A program made the translations under genes and the position numbers. From IMG/VR virus record IMGVR_UViG_3300030707_000003: DNA of 64,000 nt. The stretch is one strand, 5' to 3'. Origin of the DNA: an uncultured virus (IMG/VR IMGVR_UViG_3300030707_000003) (lineage: Duplodnaviria; Heunggongvirae; Uroviricota; Caudoviricetes). Under the pieces are notes generated by a model. It made no database searches. It was not told the DNA's origin and was given only the letters and a program-made list of their open reading frames with translations. This document shows positions 9,801 through 19,409 of the stretch, piece after piece. Position 1 is the stretch's first letter. The number at the start of each line of letters is the position of its first letter.

Positions 9801-10167
9801 TGTCCAGCACCGTCATCGCCATCGACAGGACGAACCCGGTGGGCTCGGCCTGCACCAGCGCAGACGCCCGGGAGCGGGGGCAGAACCAGGCCACCGACCG
9901 GGTCACCCCGGACGGGCTCGAGACCGCGCTGGGCGCGCCGAGCGGCTCCCACCACGAGTGCGCGTCGTCGGCCACCGACGCGATCGTCACGGCGGGGGAG
10001 TTCGGCGGCTGCCGCCACGACACGAGCGCGACGGCCCAGTCCCCGGCCGGCATCGCGACCGTGATCCCCAGGCCCTGGCACCCGGGCGCGGGGGTCGTGC
10101 CGGTGCCCGGCGGGGTCAGCGGCGGGCAGTACGACCCGGACCACGACGTGAGCACCGACGGCGCCAC
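6895..10167 (-). CDS. large minor tail / baseplate hub protein with LamG-like domain
   Basis: GRQYE..LDNP, TIECWF, HIAVTY..YLNG motifs; follows the tape measure. Confidence 0.75.
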   Translation of the reverse strand: MAPSVLTSWSGSYCPPLTPPGTGTTPAPGCQGLGITVAMPAGDWAVALVSWRQPPNSPAVTIASVADDAHSWWEPLGAPSAVSSPSGVTRSVAWFCPRSRASALVQAEPTGFVLSMAMTVLDIGGMTDWIAQVLPVTGYANAATSLAMTSAAPGASAILLASCGSDLLSGGNASQVTGPGAGWTTLTPVVAFNGTDHTSDLALNAAWQVASAAKTATWSASPAMDLSGVLGGLIAAPAALAQPNPSWPVMIPEIAVGDGQYTTADSQNWVPAVAPVLDFAFTQGRQYEQQALATGDGVLTLDNPAGAVLPPAFPSSAGVDSGTPARIRCYWPGGAWQVRFSGNGSGAGPFVNSASAFAAPGQVWTQSAWGACSPAWAAGMNLVVIFQDGGFATLATYTSGLAAGPVPAEMAVTTGPAPAGTQYAAFYLQANGTPPAATVFSASAAPVPPGPPGPGIVYPLGPWNTTFSTATILSQSAWSANALGPPNPTPWYVPFSGFVERLPQQWDETWRGFTAATITDMWTSLQENMQPILPAEMLADAPQSVWPCTDLPGSLVASNLAPGNSNPMFVRAAKSGVPSLTQAFGANAGALPGAQGTFLINPQYRISSQAGMWSATQPASGVNTVGFSLTAVDSGFPSPAGGATIECWFQVTANFSTTTDPFIISVTDIRSCGFAISVIYLSGNLVIWRDGGSPVGNVATLIDSSVNYNAAGSPLTHIAVTYNSTTFTVYLNGVAKVSGSWSTPLHRDLPYLCVNGVAGTAMESNTQVQGDSVFWAGYAGQVAIFPRILHPLRILTHYEAALTGMAGDQASQRVERILGASTDAVFRRLIMQETRMGLGGGLDQVASCTDLPGSPAGQGITNIAGSVTPGQTFVTPGGELFMLSKQAAWGQPARWTLGSNVSAGEIPFTDSASLGYDPAKVANAIQFTQLDRQDIVTSQVPAITNASEAQYGSVTINATGYLFADATTSIGSGPGLYDLANWLATTYQAPLMRGEVITIDAAANPAAWPVVLGASVADMVQVNTRPPTGGGLVIPITGRVSQTTRRLVSGDKGITEGSLQLIIDAAPEAEILTCDSPTLGLLDGTHILGW

Positions 10168-10168
10168 G

Positions 10169-13150
10169 TCAGTGGGTCCGTCCCGGCAGCCACAGCTGGT
10201 TGCCCATGTTCCGCCCCGTCTGCCGGTTCAGGACCGTCAGCAGCGTCCGGCCGAGCTCCTGCTCCGCGAGCACCGACCCGGCGTTGTTCACCGTCACCGA
10301 GTAGTGGTTGTGCACCTGCATCCCGCCCCCGCCGCCGCCCGAGGCCGCCGAGGCCAGGGCGGGGGAGACGTGCGCGGCCGACCGCAGGGCCGACGGCAGC
10401 GACGGCGCGATCCCGCCCGTCCCGAACCCCGGCCCGGCCATCCGGGGGGCGGAGAAGTACCGGTTCGCGGCGTGCACGAACCCCGCGCCCAGGCCCCGCA
10501 CCGCCTCCGGGGTCAGGATGCCCTCGCCCGGCGACAGCATCGCCCGCACCGTGTCATGGCCGGGTGCGTAGCCGGGGATGACGCCGCCCGATGCACCGTG
10601 AGCGCCCGGGATGGTGATCTGCGGCGGGACGTTGCCGGTGGTGATGATGTTGAGGTAGACGGTCTTGTCGTGCAGGCCCCGGAGCTGCAGGATCAGGTTG
10701 TCCACCTGCCTGGCGGCCCCGCCGGCCGCGTTCCCCGCCCGCGCGGCGCTGTTCGTGAAGCGGTCCATGCTCCCGGCGGCCTGGATCGCGTAATTGCTGG
10801 CCTGCTGCTCGGCCGTCGAGAGGTTGCGCGCGGCCTGGACGGCCTGCGGCGAGTTCGCGCCGTACTTCTGGATCGCGGCGGTCAGGGCGTCGACCTTGTC
10901 CTGGAAGCCGACGGTCTTCAGCGCCGCCGTCGCGATCGACGTGGACATCTGGGAGTTCAGCGCGGCGGCCGTGTTCTTCGCGATGTCAGACAGGTGCGAC
11001 AGGGCGATGGTGGTGGCGTCGACCTTCTTCTGCAGGTCGGCCTGGCCGATGCCCTGGTGGTGCACGGCGGCGAGCAGCTGCGGCCAGGTGCGGATGTTCA
11101 GTCCCTGCGCCTGCACGAACGCGAGCACCTCGGCCTGCGCGGTCTTGTTCGACCCGGCGTAGCGGAGCATCGACGAGGCGGCGTCCAGGGCCGCCCGGCT
11201 GATCTCCTGCGAGGACGCCGCGCCGAGGACCCCGGCCTGGCGGAACCAGTCCATCAGCTGCGGCATCGTGGACCCGACGATCTGGTCGAAGTTCGACCAC
11301 GCTGCCGCGCCGACCGCCGTGTTCTTCGACAGCGCCTCGCCGAACTGCCTGGCGGTCAGGCTCAGCTGCACGGTCGCGGTGCCCAGGTTGTTCGTGGTCG
11401 TCGCCGCGACGGAGCCGATGTTCGACAGGGACGTCGTGAACGCCGCCAGCCCGGCGGTCCCGCCGGTCACCAGGGTCATGTACTGGTCCAGCGCCTGGTT
11501 CAGCTGGGACACCTTGGAGTCCGCCAGGGCGGTGGAGATCGCCAGCGCGTTCTCCCCGGCCGCGACCGCACCGGTGCCGGCCCCGGTCTGCGCCAGCCCG
11601 ATCTCCAGGTTCAGCAGCTCCGTGACCTGCTTGCGGATGGCGGCGGTGAGGGCCGCCGTGTCCTGCGCCGCGAGGCCCATCATGACCCCGGCCGCCGCCG
11701 CGCCCTTCCAGCCCTCGTGCGAGACGGCCGTCCACTGCCTGGTCGCCCCCGTGACCTGCGTCAGCTGCCCGGAAAGCTGTGTGACCCCCTTCGCCAGGTT
11801 CGACAGGGTGGGCGGCATCGCCTGCACCTGCTGGATCAGCTGCGTAGTCGCGTCGGCAGTCTGCCGGGTCGCCAGCCACCACAGCCCCAGCCCGGCGACC
11901 GTCGCGGCCATCGCTATCCCCAGCGGGCCCATGAGCAGCGTGACCAGCGGCATCAGGACGCCGTCGAGGAACACCGCCGCCGCGCCCAGGATCCCGAACT
12001 CCGCCGCCGCCGCCACGGCCGCGATCCCGGCCTGCACGAACACCTGCACGATCGCGAGCCGCGAGAGGAACCCGAACACCACCACCAGAAGCTGGCTGTA
12101 CCGGTACAGCGCCGACATGGACGCCGCGACCCCGATCAGCCACGCCCCCACCGGGTTGGACGTGAGCGCCACGAACGCCCGCGACAGCCCGACCAGGACG
12201 TCCAGCAGGATGTGGGAGACGCCCCACATGTCATTGATCGCGTTCGCGAACCCGTGCGCCAGGTTCCCCAGCACCTGGCCCCACTGGATCATGTACTTCA
12301 CGGCGTTCGCGAAGAACCCGGCGAGCTGTGCGCCCATCGGGCCCTGAAGATCCATGGTGACCTTCGTCGCGAACGCGGCGAGCACCGTCCCGGCCTGCTG
12401 CGCCACCTGCGAGAACGCGCCGAACCGCCCGGTCAGGTCATTGATCACCGACCCGAAGATGATGTAGGCGTCGGGGGCCATGGCCGCGCTGACCTGCCCG
12501 AAGTTCACGCCCAGGGCGTGCAGCGGCCCGACGGAGTTCAGGAGCGCCCCCCGCAGGCTCCCCGACGCGACGTACAGGTTGCTCATCTGGTCGTAGATGT
12601 GCACGAACGCGGGGTACATCCCGGCGGCAGCCGCGCCGAGGGCCACCAGCGCCGGGATCGCCGTCGCCGCGACCTCCACGGTCCCCATCACGATCCAGTG
12701 CAGGGCCGCCCCGGTCAGCCGCAGGCCGCCCGCCATCATCCCCGTCGCGGCGGCCGTCCGCGCGCCCGCCCCGGACATGTCCGTGCCGATCCGCACCGTC
12801 GCGCCGCCCAGCCCGGCCATGGCGGCCTTCAGCGCCTCGACCTGGGCTATCGCGCCGGCGACCGGCCCGGAGATCCCGGACACCGACGCCGTGACGGAGA
12901 TGTGCTTGCTGTCCAGGGCCGCCATCGCCGACGCGAGCCCGGCCACGGCCCTGGTCGCCCTGTCCATCGACGACGCGATCACCGTCGCCGCGTCGTTGGC
13001 CGCCAGCGCCAGCGCCGCGACCGCGTCCTCCGCTTCCTTGTTGGCGGCGGCGAACTCGGCGGCCTTCGCGATCCCGGCATCGAGACCGGCAAGGTAACGG
13101 GTCAGATCGGAAATGAAGGCTTGCTCTACGCTCTCAAGATTCTCGGCCAA
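10169..13150 (-). CDS. tape measure protein
   Basis: 993 aa, Ala-rich and helical with a hydrophobic segment; C-terminal GGVIPGYAPGHDTV.AMLSPGE motif. Confidence 0.9.
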   Translation of the reverse strand: MAENLESVEQAFISDLTRYLAGLDAGIAKAAEFAAANKEAEDAVAALALAANDAATVIASSMDRATRAVAGLASAMAALDSKHISVTASVSGISGPVAGAIAQVEALKAAMAGLGGATVRIGTDMSGAGARTAAATGMMAGGLRLTGAALHWIVMGTVEVAATAIPALVALGAAAAGMYPAFVHIYDQMSNLYVASGSLRGALLNSVGPLHALGVNFGQVSAAMAPDAYIIFGSVINDLTGRFGAFSQVAQQAGTVLAAFATKVTMDLQGPMGAQLAGFFANAVKYMIQWGQVLGNLAHGFANAINDMWGVSHILLDVLVGLSRAFVALTSNPVGAWLIGVAASMSALYRYSQLLVVVFGFLSRLAIVQVFVQAGIAAVAAAAEFGILGAAAVFLDGVLMPLVTLLMGPLGIAMAATVAGLGLWWLATRQTADATTQLIQQVQAMPPTLSNLAKGVTQLSGQLTQVTGATRQWTAVSHEGWKGAAAAGVMMGLAAQDTAALTAAIRKQVTELLNLEIGLAQTGAGTGAVAAGENALAISTALADSKVSQLNQALDQYMTLVTGGTAGLAAFTTSLSNIGSVAATTTNNLGTATVQLSLTARQFGEALSKNTAVGAAAWSNFDQIVGSTMPQLMDWFRQAGVLGAASSQEISRAALDAASSMLRYAGSNKTAQAEVLAFVQAQGLNIRTWPQLLAAVHHQGIGQADLQKKVDATTIALSHLSDIAKNTAAALNSQMSTSIATAALKTVGFQDKVDALTAAIQKYGANSPQAVQAARNLSTAEQQASNYAIQAAGSMDRFTNSAARAGNAAGGAARQVDNLILQLRGLHDKTVYLNIITTGNVPPQITIPGAHGASGGVIPGYAPGHDTVRAMLSPGEGILTPEAVRGLGAGFVHAANRYFSAPRMAGPGFGTGGIAPSLPSALRSAAHVSPALASAASGGGGGGMQVHNHYSVTVNNAGSVLAEQELGRTLLTVLNRQTGRNMGNQLWLPGRTH

Positions 13151-13159
13151 CGGGAGGAG

Positions 13160-13678
13160 TCACCTCCCCCATACGGCCGCCATGAAAGCGCTGATCCCGG
13201 CCCGTTCCAGTGAGCCGTTAACGATGGTCTCGTCCACTGCGACGTCCATGTAGGGGTAAGCAGGAATTTTCACCGTGTGCCTGACCCAGCCGCGCCGGCG
13301 CACCTCGCCAGGGCCGATGTAGGCCACCCAGAGCCACATCCAGGGCTTCCCTGTGTGCACCGCGCCCCACTGGAGCGTGGCCGAGTAGATCGCCTTCGGC
13401 GCGACGATCGACGTCGCGACCCCCCCGGACCCGGTGCCGGGAGTCCTGATCACCGACCCGGCGAGGCTCCCGTGCTTCCCGCCGGGCATGAATGCGGGAG
13501 GCCTGCCCGGAACCGCCGGTGTCCGGGTGACCGGCTCATGCTCGCCGGATTCATGCAGGGTGTAGCCGACCAGATGCTCTTTGTACGTCTCCGCGATGGC
13601 GTCCACCACGGGAACGGCGGCGGCCTCCACCCGCGCCCTGATGGCCTCCAGGTAGCCGGGCAGCTCGGCCGGCGTCAC
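13160..13678 (-). CDS. HK97 gp10-like tail completion protein
   Basis: PGRPP...GSLAGS...YS..LQWG...IPAYPYM pattern. Confidence 0.6.
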   Translation of the reverse strand: MTPAELPGYLEAIRARVEAAAVPVVDAIAETYKEHLVGYTLHESGEHEPVTRTPAVPGRPPAFMPGGKHGSLAGSVIRTPGTGSGGVATSIVAPKAIYSATLQWGAVHTGKPWMWLWVAYIGPGEVRRRGWVRHTVKIPAYPYMDVAVDETIVNGSLERAGISAFMAAVWGR

Positions 13679-14429
13679 CGCGCACCGCCCTCCGGGGCGC
13701 TCGCCCCCGGCATCCCGTAGATCGGGCGGGTCCTGCCGTGGTCAGGCTTCGGCGCGTTCTTCCTCGCGTGCCGCTTCTGCACCACCATCACGGCCTCGTC
13801 CCAGCCCGCGTGGGCCAAGACCACCTCCTCCGCCTTCCCGGCCGGAAGGGCGTCGATCTGCTCGAACGTCCAGCGGTACCGGCGGATCAGCTCGAAGTCC
13901 GTGGCGTCGAATCCGGGGTCGTCGCCGGCTGGCCATCCGGCCCCGGGCTTGCCGAGGAAGAAGTCCCGATAGCCCTCGATGCGTTTTTTGGGTCCGGCCC
14001 CCCGCCCTCGCGGGTGAAGTCAGGGCTGGCGTCCAGCGCCTCCGCGTCCGCCGCGGTCGCGGCCTGCACCCGCACCCCGGAGACGTGGGTGAACACGTCC
14101 GGCTTCTCGGTGTCCAGGCACGCCTCCACCCACGGTCCCGCGGCCGCCTTCACCGCCTGCCAGTCCTCGCTGTCCAGCACCTCGTCCAGGATGCGCTGCT
14201 GCAGGCCCTCGGTCTGCGCCTCGCGCGGCAGCGGCTGCCCGAAGTCCCAGCCGGTGAGCATCCGGGTCACGATCCGGCCGGTCATGTCCTCGACGAGCGA
14301 GCCCTCGATCGTCCGGCTCCCGTCCGGGGAGATGACGACCTTCACGCCGCGCTTGGCCTCCCGGATGTCGCCCCGCATCAGGGTGTCGCGGAACTCGGCG
14401 GTGTGGCCCGAGGGGAGGGGGACTTTCAT
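13675..14429 (-). CDS. tail assembly chaperone, -1 frameshift product (GT-like)
   Basis: Slippery CCCAAAAAAC at 13992-13983; the -1 frame reads KRIEGYRDFF...RYRWTFEQIDALP and stops overlapping the GTG at 13678. Confidence 0.75.
13887..14429 (-). CDS. tail assembly chaperone (G-like)
   Basis: Directly downstream of the tail tube gene; contains slippery site C CCA AAA AAC. Confidence 0.75.
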   Translation of the reverse strand: MKVPLPSGHTAEFRDTLMRGDIREAKRGVKVVISPDGSRTIEGSLVEDMTGRIVTRMLTGWDFGQPLPREAQTEGLQQRILDEVLDSEDWQAVKAAAGPWVEACLDTEKPDVFTHVSGVRVQAATAADAEALDASPDFTREGGGPDPKNASRAIGTSSSASPGPDGQPATTPDSTPRTSS

Positions 14430-14454
14430 GCGCGGCTCCTATGTCCGGTTCGTA

Positions 14455-15717
14455 CTAATAGTTCACGACCTGGTTCACCAGGGTCAGGGACACCGGCGAG
14501 TAACCGCCCGAAGGGCCGGCCAGCGCCGTGCTGGCGATCAGCTTGGCGCTCTCGGTCAGCGCGAAGACGTCCTTGGTGTCGTCGTACTCGCCGGCGTCGA
14601 AGCCCGCCGCCTGCGCGTTGATGGTCAGAGATGCCGCGTTCGTGCCGGGGAGGTTGTTGGCCGCCACGATCTGGATGGTCGGCTGGGTGTTGTTCACGTA
14701 CAGATTGAACTCGGACTCGTCTGAGATCGGGTCGAAGTTGAAGGCGAGCGCGGCGTCGAGGTAGCCCGCCGGGTTCGCGTAGGGGTCCTGGGTGCCCTGG
14801 TTGGTGAACTTCGGCCCGGTCTTCTGGGTGAGCGTGAGCTTCCACTCGGCGTTGTTCTGCGTGCCCGCCCCGGCGATGGCCAGCGTGGACACCCAGGCCG
14901 GCTGCGGCGCGACGGGCGAGATGATCACCGACGGGGTGGACCCGGCGATCTGCGAGGCCAGCGCGACCATCTTCGCGTCCCACATGACCAGGCCCTCGGC
15001 CGACCCGGTGATGGTGACCTCGGAGAACCTGCCGAAGGAGTACTGCCGCGCCCCGGACCCGGCCGGCACGCCGGTCCAGTCGTAGTACGTGTACGTCGGC
15101 GGCTGCGCTGACATGGAGCCGCCCGCGCCCGTGCCGGAATTGAGCAGGGTGAAGGTGTGCCCCACGCCGTTGTAGCTCGCGTAGGAGATCACGGTGCCGC
15201 CCGTCGCGTGACCCTGGTACAGGGCCGCGTTCAGGGTCAGCGTTCCCGGCGCCAGGCCCGGGGAGATCGCGGTGACCGAGCGGACTTCCTCGGCGATGGT
15301 CCCGGTGCCGCCCACGGAGATGATCTTGCCGATGGCGAACCCGGTGCCCGAGGAGACCACGACCGACGTCGCGCCGGCCGACATGGAGCCCGACAGGCTG
15401 GACGACGTGCCGATGACCCCGCCGGAGACGAACTGGTAGTAGTCGCCGGTCACGCCCAGGATCGGGTACCCGATGGTATCCGCGAAGATGGGTCCGCCCA
15501 TAGACATGTCCGCGATCCGCACCCCGTCGATCAGGTTGTACAGGTGCGCCCGGGAGTTGCGCCACGCCGTGTCCTCCAGCCGGGTGCGCTTGTCCACCGG
15601 CTTGAACTGGGTCATCGGGGCGGTGAACGTGGCGGAGGCCACCGAGCCGGGGCCCGCCTCCTTGCCGCCGTCGATGTAGCGGTCGGGGACCGGCCAGACG
15701 GAGGGGGAATACGCCAC
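14455..15717 (-). CDS. major tail tube protein with an inserted beta domain
   Basis: Size and position; GKE..PG, LED..WRNS and HTFTLLN motifs. Confidence 0.75.
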   Translation of the reverse strand: MAYSPSVWPVPDRYIDGGKEAGPGSVASATFTAPMTQFKPVDKRTRLEDTAWRNSRAHLYNLIDGVRIADMSMGGPIFADTIGYPILGVTGDYYQFVSGGVIGTSSSLSGSMSAGATSVVVSSGTGFAIGKIISVGGTGTIAEEVRSVTAISPGLAPGTLTLNAALYQGHATGGTVISYASYNGVGHTFTLLNSGTGAGGSMSAQPPTYTYYDWTGVPAGSGARQYSFGRFSEVTITGSAEGLVMWDAKMVALASQIAGSTPSVIISPVAPQPAWVSTLAIAGAGTQNNAEWKLTLTQKTGPKFTNQGTQDPYANPAGYLDAALAFNFDPISDESEFNLYVNNTQPTIQIVAANNLPGTNAASLTINAQAAGFDAGEYDDTKDVFALTESAKLIASTALAGPSGGYSPVSLTLVNQVVNY

Positions 15718-15755
15718 ACGGCTCCTTCAGGAATGCTTGGGCGGCAGGGAAAGGG

Positions 15756-16268
15756 CTAAGCCTGGAATATCTCCAGGAGCGAGCACCTGATGCGGAAGTC
15801 GTAGCGCCGCATCGCCTGGCCTTCCAGGGTGCGCGGCGGGACGTAGTCGTAGGTCATGACCTCGCCCAGGTTGACCATCTGCGAGGTGCTCCCGGTGTCC
15901 GGGTCGGCGTACAGGGCCGGGTTCGGGGAGGTGCGCAGGGTCATCATCACGAAGTCGAGGAACAGCGGGAAGTTCACGTCGGCGGCCGGGTCGTCGGGGT
16001 AATCCATCCAGACCCCGAAAAGCTCCAGCTCGTGCAGGATCTGCTTGACCCCGGCCGGGGTGCCCGGTCCCTTGTTGCGGGGTATGGCGATGCGCTTCTC
16101 GGGTCCTCTTGCGGGCCAGACGTACAGGCGGGCGATGCCGTCGGGGTTCACGTCCGGGTCCAGCGGCGTGATCAGCGCGGAGATGGGACCCTTCAGGCCG
16201 GTCGCGCCGGGCGGGGTCAGGCCCTCGAGCAGGCCCGCGACGTACGACACGGCGGCGGTTACCGGCAT
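15756..16268 (-). CDS. tail terminator-like protein
   Basis: MPVTAAVSYV...; lies immediately upstream of the tail tube gene. Confidence 0.55.
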   Translation of the reverse strand: MPVTAAVSYVAGLLEGLTPPGATGLKGPISALITPLDPDVNPDGIARLYVWPARGPEKRIAIPRNKGPGTPAGVKQILHELELFGVWMDYPDDPAADVNFPLFLDFVMMTLRTSPNPALYADPDTGSTSQMVNLGEVMTYDYVPPRTLEGQAMRRYDFRIRCSLLEIFQA

Positions 16269-16270
16269 CC

Positions 16271-17225
16271 CTACACCGTGACCCGGTAGGGGGCCAGCAT
16301 GTCCTGGGCCTGCTGGCGCAGGATGCTGCCCGTCACCGTCTGCTGGCGGCCGGAGGTGGTCTGGATGGTGGTGGCGGTCGCGCCGCGCATCAGCGCCGCC
16401 TCCCCGGCGAGCAGGGCTGCGGCCCAGATCGCGGTCTGCGGCAGGGCGGACACCATGATCCCGGCGGCGTGGCCGTAGGCCAGCGGCGAGGCCAGGGTCA
16501 GCGTCCCGGGCCCCGATACGGCCGAGGCCGCGGTGCAGGACACGGCTTCCTGGCCGCCGCCGAGGGCGTCGTAGACGATCCCGTACGCACCCGGGAGCCC
16601 GGGCGCGGGGGGTGCCCACGCGGTGCAGTCATCGACCGGGATCGTGCCGGCACCCGCGATCACGGCAGCGGTGAGGCACGCGTGCGGCCAGCACGCGATG
16701 TAGGTGACCTTCATCCGCCACCCGTACCGGCCCAGCCGCCGGTTTATCCACCCGCGCTGGATCAGGATGGACTGGCCGCCTTCCCCGGACCCGGCCGGGA
16801 CGGACGTGCCGTACAGGCCGGGGACGGGCCACTCGGGCTCGTAGCTCCCCGCCGGCACCGGGGTCCACTGCCGGGGCCACACGTCGTTCGGGCACACGCT
16901 CACGGCCAGGACCTGGGTCACCGGCCCGCGGGAGCAGACGAACCGGGAGTTCTTCTCGTCGGCCTGGACGGTGAGGCGGAAGTGCGGGCCGGAGATGGTC
17001 TCGGTGGCGATGACGGAGCGCAGCGGCTGGCGGGCGATCTCCTCGGCCTTCACGGTGCCCTGCTGGCAGACCATCGCCTGGACGGCGAACTGCGCCGGCC
17101 CGGAGACGCCCTGCATGGGGGGGATCGTGCCCCACTGGACTCCGTAATCCGACCGGCCATAGTGTCAGCTGGTCAGGGGTCACGTAAGGTGTCTGGCCTG
17201 GCTGCCACGGGAGGACGGTCGGCAT
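16271..17225 (-). CDS. head-tail connector/adaptor with a 7-nt gap (17147-17141) requiring net +1 recoding
   Basis: GGGAGGTGA RBS and ATG 17225, TPYVTPDQL; GGA TTAC GGA junction into the frame of ORF 16271..17116. Confidence 0.7.
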
Positions 17226-17285
17226 TGCGCATCACCTCCCGCCTTTCTCGGGCACCCGCCGGGTGCCTGGCGGGATACTGGCAGC

Positions 17286-17642
17286 ATGAGCACCTGGGAA
17301 GAGCGCATGTCCCGGCGGACCCGCCAGCGTGAGGGTGGCGCACTGGACGAGCGCCGCGCCCAGTTCCTGGGTGAGGCGTTCCTGCCGTTCTGGCCGCCTG
17401 ATGATCCGTGGCCGTTCGGCGCGTCGGAGGAAGTCCTTCCGGAGATCATCGCGGCCCGGTGCCTGGGCATCGGGTACGGTGACCCGGGTCCGCTGCTCGG
17501 CGGCGAGACCTGCCATGAATGCTGGGGTGACCGCCGTGTCTGGCTCGGCGACTGCTGGGGAGTCCGGCACAGGGGCGGCACGATGAGCGGCTGCCGGCAT
17601 CCCTGCCACGAGGGCGAGATCTGGATGGGGGCAGCGGGCTAG
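17286..17642 (+). CDS. hypothetical antisense moron
   Basis: GATACT-N6-ATG leaderless arrangement; Cys-rich. Confidence 0.55.
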   Translation: MSTWEERMSRRTRQREGGALDERRAQFLGEAFLPFWPPDDPWPFGASEEVLPEIIAARCLGIGYGDPGPLLGGETCHECWGDRRVWLGDCWGVRHRGGTMSGCRHPCHEGEIWMGAAG

Positions 17643-17845
17643 GCGGGCCTCCGGGCGTCCCGCTCGCACAGCGTGCCGTTCCTGCACACCCACGCACTGG
17701 ACGGCGAGTCCCACACGGCGTGGTCACCGCAGATCCCGGCCCCGCACCGGGCGCAGGGAGCCATCACCGACGAGCCGGACACGTGGCGGCGCTTGCCGTG
17801 CCGCTTCGCCCCGCACCGGGCGCACGCCTCCCCGCGCCTCCCCAC
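17639..17845 (-). CDS. small zinc-finger-like protein
   Basis: AAGGAGCGT-GTG start; two CARCG motifs. Confidence 0.6.
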   Translation of the reverse strand: MGRRGEACARCGAKRHGKRRHVSGSSVMAPCARCGAGICGDHAVWDSPSSAWVCRNGTLCERDARRPA

Positions 17846-17852
17846 ACGCTCC

Positions 17853-18521
17853 TTACGCGGCCACGGGCAGCCGGGCCAGGTCCGCCGAGGTCACCCCGGC
17901 CCCTGCCAGCCGGGCAATCAGGTCCGCCCGGGTGCCGTCCTCGCTCAGGCCCCGCGCCAGCGCCAGCGCCTTCAGCTCGTCGGAGCGGGCGTCGCGGAGC
18001 CGGCGCGGCCTCTGGCCCGGCTGCGGTGCGGCGACTGCCTCCGTGCCGTTCACGGGCGCGGGCAGGGCCGTCTTCGCGGCGGTCCCGTGCATCGGCTGGC
18101 CGCAGTCGCCGCAGAACCCCTTGCCCGGCGGGTTGGAATGGCCGGACGGGCACACCATCTGCCCGGTCACGGGAATGTGCGGCAGCCTTCCGGCCATCGC
18201 CCCCGCGATCGTCTCGGGGATCTCCAGGCCGGTGAGCCGGGCCAGTGCCATCGCCATCAGCTTGCGCTCGTCGAGGGCACCGCGCTGCTCGAAGTCCTTG
18301 CGCACCGACTCCTCGTCGAAAGTCTCGGGGATCTTGGCGATAGTCGGGCTCCAGTGGGTGCTCTTGCGCAGGTGATCTTCGCAGCCGCCGTCGCACGTCA
18401 GCGCCCAGATATTCTCGGGCTTTCCGCCGGGTGCCGGTCGCGAGTGGGTACGCCCACATCCGCCATGCCCGTCGGGCGAGACAGTGACCGCAACGATGTC
18501 GTTACGGCAGTACAGAGTCAA
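17853..18521 (-). CDS. zinc-ribbon plus SAP/HeH domain protein
   Basis: CPSGH...FCGDCG; ELKALALARGLSEDGTRADLIARL; GAAAGG RBS before TTG 18521. Confidence 0.7.
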   Translation of the reverse strand: MTLYCRNDIVAVTVSPDGHGGCGRTHSRPAPGGKPENIWALTCDGGCEDHLRKSTHWSPTIAKIPETFDEESVRKDFEQRGALDERKLMAMALARLTGLEIPETIAGAMAGRLPHIPVTGQMVCPSGHSNPPGKGFCGDCGQPMHGTAAKTALPAPVNGTEAVAAPQPGQRPRRLRDARSDELKALALARGLSEDGTRADLIARLAGAGVTSADLARLPVAA

Positions 18522-18563
18522 GGTAGTCGCCTTTCTGTGAGTGATGAGTGAGATGCTGAACGA

Positions 18564-18935
18564 GTGAACGACTACGACCTGGTCGGCATGCAGGTAGCCG
18601 AACCGGTCTTCGGCGAGCAGGCAGGCATGGCCCTGCTGCAGACGCACGCTGCGGATAAGTGCGCCGGCCGGGAGATTCCGTGCTGCATCCACCGGCCCTC
18701 AGCGCATCGCATGGTCACGTGGCCGATGAACTGGCGCGGCGACACGGGCGTCATGGAGCGGATCTGCCCGCACGGCGTCGGGCATCCCGACCCGGATCAC
18801 ATGGCGTACGTGAAGTCGCTGACTCCGGAGCACGACTGCCCCGGCGACCACGGCACCTGGTTCGATCCGCGCGAGTGCGAGTACCCGCACCTGGACTGGC
18901 AGGGCGTCCACGGCTGCGACGGGTGCTGCCGGTGA
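18564..18935 (+). CDS. conserved actinophage Cys/His protein
   Basis: CCIH.PS.H...MERICPHGVGHPDPD...HGCDGCC; leaderless promoter. Confidence 0.7.
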   Translation: MNDYDLVGMQVAEPVFGEQAGMALLQTHAADKCAGREIPCCIHRPSAHRMVTWPMNWRGDTGVMERICPHGVGHPDPDHMAYVKSLTPEHDCPGDHGTWFDPRECEYPHLDWQGVHGCDGCCR

Positions 18936-19091
18936 GCGATGACTGGGTCGGCTGGTGGCTGGCTCGCGGTTACGGCCGCAACCCGTGCGGGGAATCCTGC
19001 CCGTACCGCGGCGAGGACCACGCGCACCTGCGCACGCCCGATGGCGACGACGTGATGCTGTGGCCGGACGGGAGCTTCAGCAACTTCGACC

Positions 19092-19409
19092 TCAGCCAGC
19101 CGGCCCGGCTGATCTTCCCCCTCTATCCTCAGGCTCGGCAGCCGCAGGCGGAGACCATTTGAGCCAGTCCGCGCCGATGACCTTCGGGTCCGGGCGCGGT
19201 CCCGAGTCGCGGGAGTCCCAGGCGAGCCTGCAGAGCCCGTGAACCAGCTCGCAGATCGTGTTGAACTCGTCCTCGGACGTGACCTCAACCGGCGGCTCGA
19301 TGGTGATCACGGTTCTCGTGATGGGGTTCTGGACCTTGCTCAGCACGAACGGGTAAATGGTGCCGCCAAAGCATCCCCATCCTGTCGCGACCATGCTGTC
19401 AGCTGTCAC
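19092..19409 (-). CDS. hypothetical protein
   Basis: Overlapping chain; GAGGGG RBS. Confidence 0.45.
   Translation of the reverse strand: MTADSMVATGWGCFGGTIYPFVLSKVQNPITRTVITIEPPVEVTSEDEFNTICELVHGLCRLAWDSRDSGPRPDPKVIGADWLKWSPPAAAEPEDRGGRSAGPAG

Noticed and set aside
9260..13213. Long plus-strand ORFs (also 34352..37678, 7777..9225, 5470..6819, 58025..59860)
   Set aside because: Antisense shadows of high-GC minus-strand genes; no motifs or RBS
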